Assembly: GCA_000708835.1 (NCBI GenBank)
Contig: DF237424.1
Coordinates: 1 to 64,000 of the forward strand
DNA length: 64,000 nt
DNA from: Klebsormidium nitens
Lineage: Eukaryota; Plantae; Klebsormidiophyceae
Reading direction: 5' to 3'
Position 1 is the stretch's first letter; every line of letters begins with the position of its first letter. The notes beneath the pieces are model-generated. The model made no database searches. It had not been told where the DNA came from and worked only from the letters and a program-made list of their open reading frames with translations. Both the position numbers and the translations under genes were made by a program. Below are positions 12,219 to 25,688 of this stretch, piece after piece.

Positions 12219-15200
12219 CTACGTCACAGTCATAGATGAGCCATTGTCATTGACATTGATGCTCAGAATCAGGTCTGCGGCGTCCCGTGACCTGCATGAC
12301 AAGCAAAAGCATGACTCCTCAGGAACACACTAGCAGTATGACGTTCGTTAAGATTTGCAATCTAAAGAAAATGTGGCTCCTTGGTGGCAGTTGCTTTTGC
12401 GTGCAAGCTCAAAACAGGGCCTTGCGGAAGCTGAATGTCAGGCGTGAATTTCAAAGCTCGACAAATCGATTGACTGTCCACTCTCCGGCCAACCTTTCTC
12501 TCATACCCGGGCGCTGCTCTTCCTTTTGTGTGCGTTCCCGAAACACAGATATGCGGGTTACATGCTGGATTCCGAATGCGATCCCAAATCCGCGCAGAGA
12601 TCGGGGCAGAAATTCGTGGGAGTGAGGCAGATTCAAGAGAAATCTAGGAAATAGCCGCATTCTGAAGCCTGACTTGCTGAAAGACGCCTATTTCGGATAG
12701 TCCGTCCTGAAACTGTCGCCTCAGAACCTCGTCAAGCGAACGAACCGAGCTAAAAGCCGGGTCTGAGTCAAGGTTCTTACCACGTGTCCGGTGTCTGGTA
12801 CATGGACGCGGACGATCCGAAGCAGGACTGCAGCATGTCCGTGTTGATGACCCCCGGGTTCAGAGCCACTGCTATGCAGCCACGTGGCAGCTCCCGGGCC
12901 AAGGAGCGGGACATGCCCTCGACGCCCCACTTGGTGGTGCAGTACGGAGCAACCTGCGGTGAAAGTCGGAGCAGTGTTCAAGAAGGGTTCAGGGTAATTC
13001 CTGTCAAACTTCGACCGTTGATTAGGGTGCAAGTATCAGACATGGAAAGCTTTCTGGCTGCGGATCAGCCGTCCGAATCCAAATAGACGACGAAGGGTGG
13101 CCGTCGTGAGCGCCCTACCTTCAACGTATCAAATTGACGTATCAAACTCCAAAAAGCCAACCGCTGGTTTTTGCTGGTGAGCCTTACTAGCGGACCGCAT
13201 GCTGACGAAGTAGGACCACGGGAGAGGTTCGAAAGGCAGGCACTTTCAAATCGATCGACGGGAGAGCTTGGTGTGCAAGGGGAGGGCTTCCAAAGAAAAG
13301 AGAGGGTGGTCGGGTTCGCAGAGGAGTAAACGAACGTCCCTTTGCCGAGGGGTCCTTCAGTGAGGGTCCTGACTAGCTCAGGCCACCTTCTGAAAGAGCG
13401 CTTCAGTAGTCGAAAGCGCTCCACAAACGCAAACTACACGCTACAGACCAAGTCTAGCGTTGCTTGGAGCATCAACAGAGTCGTCAACAATTTCTCGAGC
13501 TCAGAGACGGAACTGTGATTCAACCCGCCGACTAGAAGCGGCGAGCATAAGAAGGAAGGTGGCTCTAATAAGGACTTGGTTCCCATGCCACTTACGTCTG
13601 GCGCTGCGCTCCGGCCCCACCCCGACGACATGTTTACAATGACGCCCTTCTGCTTCGCGACCATGTGAGGAACAAAGTGCCTGAAAGCGGAGACAAGCAA
13701 CGAGATCGTTTGAATTGCTTTTGTAAATCTTCAAAGTTTGCAAGATTGTTTGAATTGCTTTTGTAGATCTTCAGAGTGTGCATCTTCGGACAAATCTCCT
13801 GTGTCACCAGATTGTCAACAGCTTGAACGGCCAAGGACATACTCGGGCACCTTACCCTCGCACCCAAGATGATGCACGGCCAGTCTGCAATTCAAAAGGT
13901 GCGAAGCTTGCGGAAGTCGACGTTATATCCAAGTCCCGGCCTTTGTGGGAGCTATCGAACCATCCGTGGAAAGGAACATCTTGGGTGCGAGACTAAGGGG
14001 GCCCGAGATAGGATTCTATCTCACCGTTTCTCATAGACTGCATCTACTGTGCTCCAGCTGAGTGCTGATCTGACCTGGCTTTTAATAATCACAGTCGAAA
14101 TGAGCATCTGCACAGGGGGCTCGTCGAACTACGGAGGCCATTGGGGCTGCCAAAGCATTGGGGCCTTATTTCGTTTGCAGGACTGCGAAACGTCAGGGTT
14201 GACAGCACACAGTCTTCGCCTCTCCACCGAGCTTATCACAAGACGAAACCGTTCTGACGCCCTTTATTCATGATTTCCAGACAGCTACCGCTTTGGCTTG
14301 AAGAATCGGTTCACGGGCGACATACCTGATAACGTTGGCCGTCCCTTTTATGTTGACGTCAATGACCGCATCAAACTCCTCAACGGGTACCTCCCACAGC
14401 GGTGCGTTCTTGTTGATGAGCCCAGCGTTATTTACTGCAGGCGACCCACGTACATCAAATGAAACGCCTGCGCTTTGATTGTGGGCCAAAAAGCAATCCC
14501 ACGTGTAGTTACGTTTTAATACAGAGTCGAATGAGAAACGGATGGGAGAAAAAAGGGGTTCTCACCAAGGATGTCTGGAACTCCGAACCTTTCGACAGTG
14601 GCGTCGGCCCAGCTCTTCACCTCCTTGTCGGCCGCCTACATGAAAACGCTGGATTGCGTTCAGGATTCTCCCACTGTTCCTTGTCAATGAGTAGGGCTGT
14701 CGAAAGGAGCCAATCAGCATACGGAGAATGATACCGACGCCCTTGCTTCGAAGTTGGGCGCTGCAGGCTTTCAAAGGGGGGACGCAATTTTCGAGGTGGT
14801 GACTATCCGACGACTTGCGGCAGATTGCACATCAAACAGACCGGACGTCTTCTGACAGGACAGCAACTTGTTAGGCAACTTACCACATCCACCGCTGAAA
14901 ACGAGTGTCGATCACCTAGCCTGTCCGCAAGTTCTTTCACAGCTGCTTCCGATCGTGCACAACCTTGAAGGGGAGGAGTTGCGTACATCAGTGCATTGGA
15001 AAGCTTGCGTTCTCTAGCGGCTCAAAAGCACATAGATTCAATGTCCTGGCCCTTCTCAAATCGATGCAAGCAAATTTGCATTGCAGGTTGTGAAGCCCAA
15101 CTCTGTTAAGGATTGCACTGGACGGAGGGGAAGCCTGCCATAACACCGTGATATCTTTGGAGGTTGATAAGGAATTTGTGACGGAACATCCTGATTGGTT

Positions 15201-16193
15201 CCCTTGGAGAGCCTCACCTACGACAGTGTGTCCCCGAGACGCAAGTTCCACCGCCAACGATTGGCCCTGCCCATGTCAGAATACAAGTGCCAATGTTTAC
15301 AGAAGACAAGGTGGAAAAAATTTTGTGTGCAAAGAGAAGATATGATGATCATGTTGTCTCCACGACAGCATTCGTTCTATCCCAGACCCTTGCAGCTGCT
15401 CTAGTACAAAAGTCCCATGACACACATGATGTGATTGAGCAGGGTCAGAATTTTGGTCACATGATGGTTCTTATGCTGATCGTTGAGCGTCATTGCGGGG
15501 TGTAGCAAACCAAGCCTTGAGGGGCCTAAGAGCTTCAGGTAGAGGACCACTCACCAGGCCCTTGCTCACCCCCGTCACAACAATAACCTTACCTGGGCAA
15601 TGTAATCGCGTCAATGAGAAGATGCATACCCAGGTGCAGGAAACGAAGGCATCAAGCCCCAAGGGCCTGGCTAGTGCTCAAACATGCTTTCAAAATACAT
15701 GATTGTACAGGCGCAATGCATTGCGCTCTTCACTTGAATTGGGCAAGCATGGTCAAGCTGAACTCTCAGTTTAAGGCATGCTACTGACTCCGTTCTCGAA
15801 GACTTTATATTCCTGCCTTGTTGAGTCCTCACCATCTTGCGGAGTGTCGCCCCCAGCCCCCATGCTTCGGGCCAGTGGCGGTCTCCGGCCCCCTTGCGTG
15901 AATTGCCAATTTCCTCCGGTAAGACCCTTTGAAGAGAACAATTGGCTACAGGTACGCAGCCCTAGGTCTCCTAAACACGGCTCAGAAGCATTTGAGCATG
16001 CATAGCCAGCATAAGACAGCTGCCTGCGGCGTATGGATGATGACAGGAGTACCGATTCTACGGAGCGAAAGCAGCTTACTGTGTGGCAAGATTTTGCTTC
16101 CAAACAGGGGGCTTCCCTCTTCGTTAAGCGGGGGCAGAATGCTGACCCCAGCTGCGATCTCAAAGGCGAATGAGCCGCCTTTGCTGCGGCCAT
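12219..16193 (-). CDS. Short-chain dehydrogenase/reductase, NADPH-dependent pterin aldehyde reductase-like (At1g10310 family); alternative start at 15863
   Basis: Spliced exons give KVIVVTGVSKGLGQSLAVELASRGHTVVGCARS (TGxxxGxG), VNNAGLINKNAPLWEV, IVNMSSGWGRS and VAPYCTTKWGVEG (YxxxK), then LNPGVINTDML and a last exon ..NDNGSSMTVT* at 12219. The first exon is open from an in-frame ATG at 16193 through ATG 15863 to the donor after 15833. Confidence 0.9.
13703..13782. repeat. 40-bp tandem duplication in SDR intron
   Basis: agatcgtttgaattgcttttgtaaatcttcaaagtttgca followed by agattgtttgaattgcttttgtagatcttcagagtgtgca. Confidence 0.85.
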
Positions 16194-16787
16194 GGTCCCA
16201 TTGCAATTTGAATGCGGTCCTCTTGTCTCGTGACTCAGAGCTCTGTGAAGTCCACACCATTTCTACCTAATAAACCTTTTTTGGGGGGCGCAACACGGCC
16301 AGCACTGCGATACCGTATGTACTCCTCGATAAATGTCTCGGTCAAGGACACTCCAAGTTACCGTAGACCAGACTTGCACAAACCCCCGTTTGAATTGTTC
16401 CACAGGGCCACATCGAACTCCGTCGATCGCCTCATGCGGGCCGCGGAAGCAGCTTTTGGTTCGACATCGAATCTAAACTAGAAACCCCGATTTCTGAACC
16501 ACATTTTAACCCGGCAAGGAGAAGTGCTGTTAACAAAACCTGCAATGAAGGAGACGAAGCGGGCGTATATTGAACTTGAAGCGCAGCTGAAGCCTGAGCT
16601 GTCCTAGCCTGATTGCCAGCTGAAGTCTGCCAGTGCAAGGACGATCTCCACAATCTAGCGCCCTGGTTGCTGCTTTGCCACTGTGTCTCCAAGCAGCAGC
16701 TCGCAAAGCATTTGTACGCTCTTGAAACACTCAGCTGGTTGCTTGCACTCTCCAATCGCCTCGTGCGCATCGGCAGACTCAGTCAAG

Positions 16788-19444
<2,657 letters not shown>

Positions 19445-21145
19445 TTTGGAAGCCGCAACAAGCAGTTGCAGTGGCAAAGCGCCTCTTTGTTGCAAGCAGT
19501 TCCGCTTACGTAGACTTGTAATCGAATGTCATTGCTTGCATATGTGTACAGAGATACTTACTTTGTTACAGAAACACTCCTTTCGACCTGGTAAACATAA
19601 ACGAAACATGTGTGTCAGTATATTTTCATTCTCTTCCAGTCTATGCTGGCTTCACCAACCATGCTACGGCGGTATTGCTAACTGCAAATCCTCGAGCCGT
19701 GTACTCATCCTAAAGCTTGTAGAGGAGGGGTTGGCAGCGAGAAATTGCATGAGAGCGAGCAGTCATTGCTGCTTCGTTTGTACAAGAGCGCGGCTAGGTG
19801 CCAGGTCACAGTATACGTTAAATTGCCACACAACAGGTACGACCGGCCATGCAATCTGACGTGCACAAGCTAATGACTTGATTCAATCGCGGCCCAGACT
19901 CGATGAGCTAGTAAGTTATTGGGGGCGCGGCGCGCCCGGTGCTGTGCTCGCTCGCTTTACATGTCACTGCGCGCGCTGCAATCATTGGATCTGAAACACT
20001 CCGATCCAGGCCTGCATGCACTTCATCGATCCATGTAGTCGAATATAGCATGGGTTGATTGATCCATATTTGACCGTCAGACTATAGCTAGCAATTCCGT
20101 ACCAGCGTTTATTTTCGTCGGTATGGGTGCCGAATTTTACAATCGATCATGGACATTTCGGCGGCGTGTCCCATATTTCTGACATTTCGTAAAATTGTGG
20201 CATTCCTCTGCTAAAGATGACCATTTAGTACCAGCCTTTACCGGGCCCTCAAATATATTATTCGACCTTTTCGTCATCCAAGAAAAACAACTTCCTAAAC
20301 TTTCGGCAGCCCAAATAATCATCTATCTAAAAACGATCCGACTCGAATAAAACGCTGGTACTAACGGTAGCTGTGATTTATGCAAAAGTTCCTACGATCA
20401 AGTGCACTGTAACTGCCAAGTATCTGCATCACATATGGCGGCATATGGGCGCTTACTACTTAATCGAACCAGTAGCTGATCATGTGATCAGAGTTGGCCA
20501 AGACTTGGCTCGCACTGCAGCTCCAGCGATCTCCGCCGGGAGCGAGTAGCACAATCGAATAAAAGCAAACGAGATCAGTGACGACGTACGGTATGCTGGA
20601 AAGTGCACACGTGAGTGCTTTCATGTTTCTTCGATTGTTTATTTCACATTCGGGTGTTCTTGTGACGATCTGAATGTCACTCCGACGGCCCTTTCAAAGA
20701 CGATCCGACATTCTTTCGTAGTACATGTGTCGGACTCCACGTAAATATACAATTGCAGTATATGCTAGCTATTCCAATCGAACTTCGGAATGTTTGCATG
20801 GACAACTACGTTACTCTAACGTCAGATATGGCTGCTGGAAACTGATCAAACGCATGCTGATATCTTAGTAATCCACCTCGAGAACAGGAGCGTGCAACTT
20901 GACGGAAGACAGCTCACGAGAATTTTCTGCTGAAAGAGGCGCACTTTCCGTTATCACTTAAGCGACTGTTAAAAAAAGTCCGGAATTCGACAAACTGTTC
21001 TAGCAGCCTTTCGTAAAAGCAAGCAACTTAGTGACTTCCTAATCCAGTCTTGCTGCTGTACACAAACAACTTCGAGCTCGGGTCATCAAACTAAAGTCTA
21101 TATACCCCATACAAAGTTTCCGATTTGATCTATAGATGTCAAAAT

Positions 21146-24100
21146 TCACTCCCTTTTTGATGTTCGCTTCACAGGCTTCTTCTGGCCTGCCAAGCGGGCT
21201 TTTCTTTGTCGGAACAAGTACAGGTACAGGTTGAGCCAAAGGAAAGGATACACGAGAAGGACGCCCTGGATGAAGAAAGAGAGAGCTACCATTCAGATGG
21301 TTCCAAGTACAACTCTTCCAGTCAAACCTTAATATTTTCGCAGAGTAGGCATTATCGGCCCTGACGATCGGCAGAACCGGCCAATCCAACAGTCAAAGAT
21401 CGAGTAACGAAGGTCGAAACTCGAAGGGTGGCGAACCTGACGCAAACAGCAGACTAATGATACCCAGGACTCAAGTGGTGTAGAGGAGGAGTCAGAGTCA
21501 TCGAGCCCATTGCGTGTGATCCCCAATCCCTCCAGAGCCATAAAGCTTACCCAGAGGAACTCGTGATAGCCAAAGGGCAGATGCTTGAAGTACTCCCCGT
21601 GCAAAGAGCGGTCCTTTATGTAGGGAAGGGCCTTATACATAAGAATCACTGCAAAAGGGCGAGGGCGACGAAACAATATTCATTTCCTCGTCCTGCTGAA
21701 AAGGCAAGATGCGTTTCAAAGATTCCTCGCCATCCGGATCTCAGGATGGTTTTCACAGCGGGAGTACATCCTCCAGAAATAAGTGCCCGGTTCATCATAG
21801 GAAGGTGGTCCGAAGCAGAATGGCATACCAGGGATTGAAATGCAAGTGAGCAATAACCGGATCCTTCATCTCGCTTCATATTGTATCCACTCTAATCTCT
21901 CAAACAAGAGAAATTGACCACCCGAGCCGCACCCGTGACCCGGCGCTTTTGACACCGACTGTTCAAACGGACTTCCCCCATCTCGAAAACCGTTGGCCTA
22001 ATAATGTTTCTCGAGCCTGATTACCAAGGTCCGCGTCCAATCAAGTTTGTCCAATCGAACGAACCCGAGCCAGGGCTCAAGTGAAACTTCGGACACTAAG
22101 TGAATCACCATCTGGAAGGTTGATCTCGACCAGCTGCACCATACTAGAACGGCAGCAAGCTGCTCTAAGTGGCGTTGGACGTCGGACTCGCTGACGAAGC
22201 ATTGAATCGGACTCAAGACCTGGGGACCTTACCTTCTCCGAGCACGCCTGCTGGGTACAGAGGGATGAAAGCCGTGTACCTGGACAACGAGAAGTGCACT
22301 GCTTGCTCTGATTTCGAGGCATTCGAACTTCCATTGCTGCCACTTCCGAAGGTCCTGCTGACTGGAGGTCTACCGAGAAGACCCTCTAAATATGATGCCA
22401 ACGTGGAGTGCCCTTCGAGTGGCCATTTCGTCGTCCAGTTTCGAACTCCCCTCTGAGGAACGGGAAACGGACGGCTTTGTGCTGTTCAAGGTTTGGGCTC
22501 TTGTGAGGAACGATGGCGCAAGCAGATTGGACACCCCTTTGCCTTAGGTTGAAGCTTTCCCGAAAGCGAGGGGGCACGCCGACATTTACGGGACGCTACT
22601 TACCGGAGCCATACCAGCCACCTAGGGCTAGCTTTGATGGTCGCCAGTGCGTTTTGGGGGTACCGGATGATCTGTAGCACACACAGCAGGACCACTCTGA
22701 ACGACTGTACTTCAATTTAGTTTCTTTCCAATCTCTTCACTAAGCATGCAGGTCGCTGTTCAAAGACGAGAAGAGACTTTCATAACATCGATGATGAGAA
22801 TTGATCCAAAAAACTTTAACCAACTTGTCAATCTCTGCTTATGTGGAACGGACAGCCACCGCCAGACCAAACGAGTACCTCACGAACTGTTTCAAGAATC
22901 TGACCTGAAACGAAGTACGGTCAGCCTTCTGATTTCGTAATTGACATAAATTGAGTCCACTTATTTTGGTGTTCAGTACTATTGTAACTCACCTCAATCA
23001 AGGACCAAGCCAGGAGCATGATAGCGAGGGCCGGCTCGGATTGTAGCTGTACACATGGACGAGCGATCCAGTCAGAACCAGTGGTCGGCTGGCATACCAG
23101 GAATGTAGCACACGGCCATCCTCGAGAAACTTAACAGCGTTGTACGGATTTCGCATTACGTGACAACATCTTCCTGAGGACTGCGCCTGCCCATATGGAA
23201 TCAGTGAGTCGGAGCTGCAAAACTCTCTTCACAACGAGCCGCAGCTTCTTATAACCCAGTCTTGACGTGAACAGAACATGGGGTCGGAAAGACCAGTAAT
23301 CTGTGTTTGTCACTAATGGATGCAACCAACGCACTCACCTCAGGGACTGAGCCAATGACTGCATAGTAGACATGTAGGCGGCCAAGCCATTGAAGCAGTG
23401 TGTTCAGGGTGCCGCTGCGGACAAGGCCTGCAAAACAGGAGCAGAAGAGACTTGGTTCAAGCCTAAAGGCCTTCTTTAAGTCCATTTTCCCCTTCTCTGC
23501 AAGGTTAGTGGTGTTGTGCCCTTCAATACAGTAACAAAATGCTTCAGAGGGGCCATTTGGACGCCATCTCAAAACGCAAGTGCGAAAGACTATTAACAGG
23601 ACATAATGTCTAAGATGCCACAGGATTCTCATCTGTGCGGAACATCCGGAGGGATAAGACAGAGTACACGAGGGGTGAAACTCTTACCCACTGCGGCATG
23701 AATAACTTCCAAGAAGGCGCCAAGCAGTAAGAATCCTGCCAGAGACAAGAAAAGCAGATCATGTCAATCTGATTCAGAAGAGATCAACAAGAAGCGTGCA
23801 TATTGGGGACACAGACTCTGCACCAGGAACGCAACCACTTGCACCAGCCACCCACTGTTGTATAGCACCACCCCAATTGCGTTTCCACGTCCCAGTGACT
23901 CACGGCCTGGAGTTTCATTGCAGCCCCTTGGAGTTCAAACAAAGAGCTCAGTCAGTGGCCTCACCAACAACATCTTTGACCACCGAGTATGACTGGTCAA
24001 ACGAGCCTGTTTTGAAGTAGTTGTCAAGAAGCAGGACGGCAACATACAACCTGCATCAACAGAATAATATCCAGTCATTCTGCCACCTGAACATGGGTCC

Positions 24101-24511
24101 GTTGCATTGTATGAAATTGGACCTACTGGTGGCACCGTCCTGCCATCCAAAGTCATGGGCATTGAGAGGCAAAGCGAGAATTAGTTGACAAGTGGTATCA
24201 ATGAACGAGCTTACTTCGCTTGAATTTATGCAGGTTGCAATTTGAGACCAATGCCCAATTGAAACTAGTCTCTGAATCATTGCTGAGGTGCTGCTGAGGT
24301 TCTGCATTGGAGCTCTGCTGAGCACCCCTGTTCAGAATCTTTGCACAAGTGATTGTGGTTGGCTGAGTGCCCGCGTCAAGTCATCTGCCATTTGACCAAT
24401 TGGAGTCTTTAGCTTGCTCAGGCAAGTGCAAGGAATTGTGGGCTAAGAAACTCACCAACCAAGGGCCTGCAGAAAATTGTATACCACCAGATAGGTTGCT
24501 TTGACCGCCAT
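21146..24511 (-). CDS. PTPLA: Very-long-chain 3-hydroxyacyl-CoA dehydratase (HACD/PTPLA family; closer to At5g59770 PTPLA than PAS2), 9 exons, 221 aa
   Basis: Phase-consistent exons 24456-24511, 23965-24050, 23688-23735, 23339-23427, 22993-23046, 22604-22671, 22233-22279, 21551-21648 and 21146-21265 total 666 nt. They encode YLVVYNFLQALGW, FLEVIHAAVGLVRSG..QWLGRLH, AWSLIEIIRYP, WLRYTAFIPLYPAGVLGE (catalytic Y..E), MYKALPYIKDR and YPFLWLNLYLYLFRQRK. Confidence 0.93.
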
Positions 24512-24656
24512 TGCTGTGGCCCTCGTCTGCCCCTTCTACTTCAGGTTCCAACGAGAAATGCAATTTCGTCCAGGGCCACAGACACGCATGTTCGACTTTG
24601 TACTCTTATGCCAAGTTTATGTTGACATTATGTAAGATATTGAAGGAAGAGCGATC

Positions 24657-25360
24657 NNNNNNNNNNNNNNNNNNNNNNNNNNNNNNNNNNNNNNNNNNNN
24701 NNNNNNNNNNNNNNNNNNNNNNNNNNNNNNNNNNNNNNNNNNNNNNNNNNNNNNNNNNNNNNNNNNNNNNNNNNNNNNNNNNNNNNNNNNNNNNNNNNNN
24801 NNNNNNNNNNNNNNNNNNNNNNNNNNNNNNNNNNNNNNNNNNNNNNNNNNNNNNNNNNNNNNNNNNNNNNNNNNNNNNNNNNNNNNNNNNNNNNNNNNNN
24901 NNNNNNNNNNNNNNNNNNNNNNNNNNNNNNNNNNNNNNNNNNNNNNNNNNNNNNNNNNNNNNNNNNNNNNNNNNNNNNNNNNNNNNNNNNNNNNNNNNNN
25001 NNNNNNNNNNNNNNNNNNNNNNNNNNNNNNNNNNNNNNNNNNNNNNNNNNNNNNNNNNNNNNNNNNNNNNNNNNNNNNNNNNNNNNNNNNNNNNNNNNNN
25101 NNNNNNNNNNNNNNNNNNNNNNNNNNNNNNNNNNNNNNNNNNNNNNNNNNNNNNNNNNNNNNNNNNNNNNNNNNNNNNNNNNNNNNNNNNNNNNNNNNNN
25201 NNNNNNNNNNNNNNNNNNNNNNNNNNNNNNNNNNNNNNNNNNNNNNNNNNNNNNNNNNNNNNNNNNNNNNNNNNNNNNNNNNNNNNNNNNNNNNNNNNNN
25301 NNNNNNNNNNNNNNNNNNNNNNNNNNNNNNNNNNNNNNNNNNNNNNNNNNNNNNNNNNNA
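24657..25360. other. Assembly gap (704 N)
   Basis: Run of n characters. Confidence 1.
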
Positions 25361-25688
25361 CAATTAAGGGGCTTCCTAGGCGAGACGGTAGACCCTCAAT
25401 TCCTACTGCCTCCACGCCAAAAGTTGTCACTACCGTACGTACTTCGGAGGGCTCGTATAGGATATTGTGGACGGCATTTGCAGGCCAAGTAAACACACAG
25501 ATATTTCGAAAGGCATCTGATCACCTTCTGCTTTCTGTCCTTGCCAAAATCTTGAAATTGACCTTGAACTAATTGAAGTTGCATGGCAAAAGCAGAGCAC
25601 CACCAGCCTCATAAAGCTGACAGTGATAAAGTTCGCGCTCGTGTTGCTCCACATTGTCCACCATCTTTTCTTTGTGCGGGCCTTGGAG

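Noticed and set aside
22746-22940. Plus ORF weakly like a Harbinger transposase N-terminus (MRIDPKNFNQLVNL)
   Set aside because: Lies antisense within a PTPLA intron; no catalytic domain or TIRs.
21329-23632. Apparent reverse-transcriptase motifs (MDLKKAFR, LPFG..LDD) and a DDE-like RADNAY
   Set aside because: They are too far apart and fall in introns, off-frame sequence or intron read-through of the well-supported PTPLA gene.
24511-25572. Long ORFs in the supplied track (353, 296 and 248 aa)
   Set aside because: Artefacts of translating through the N gap.
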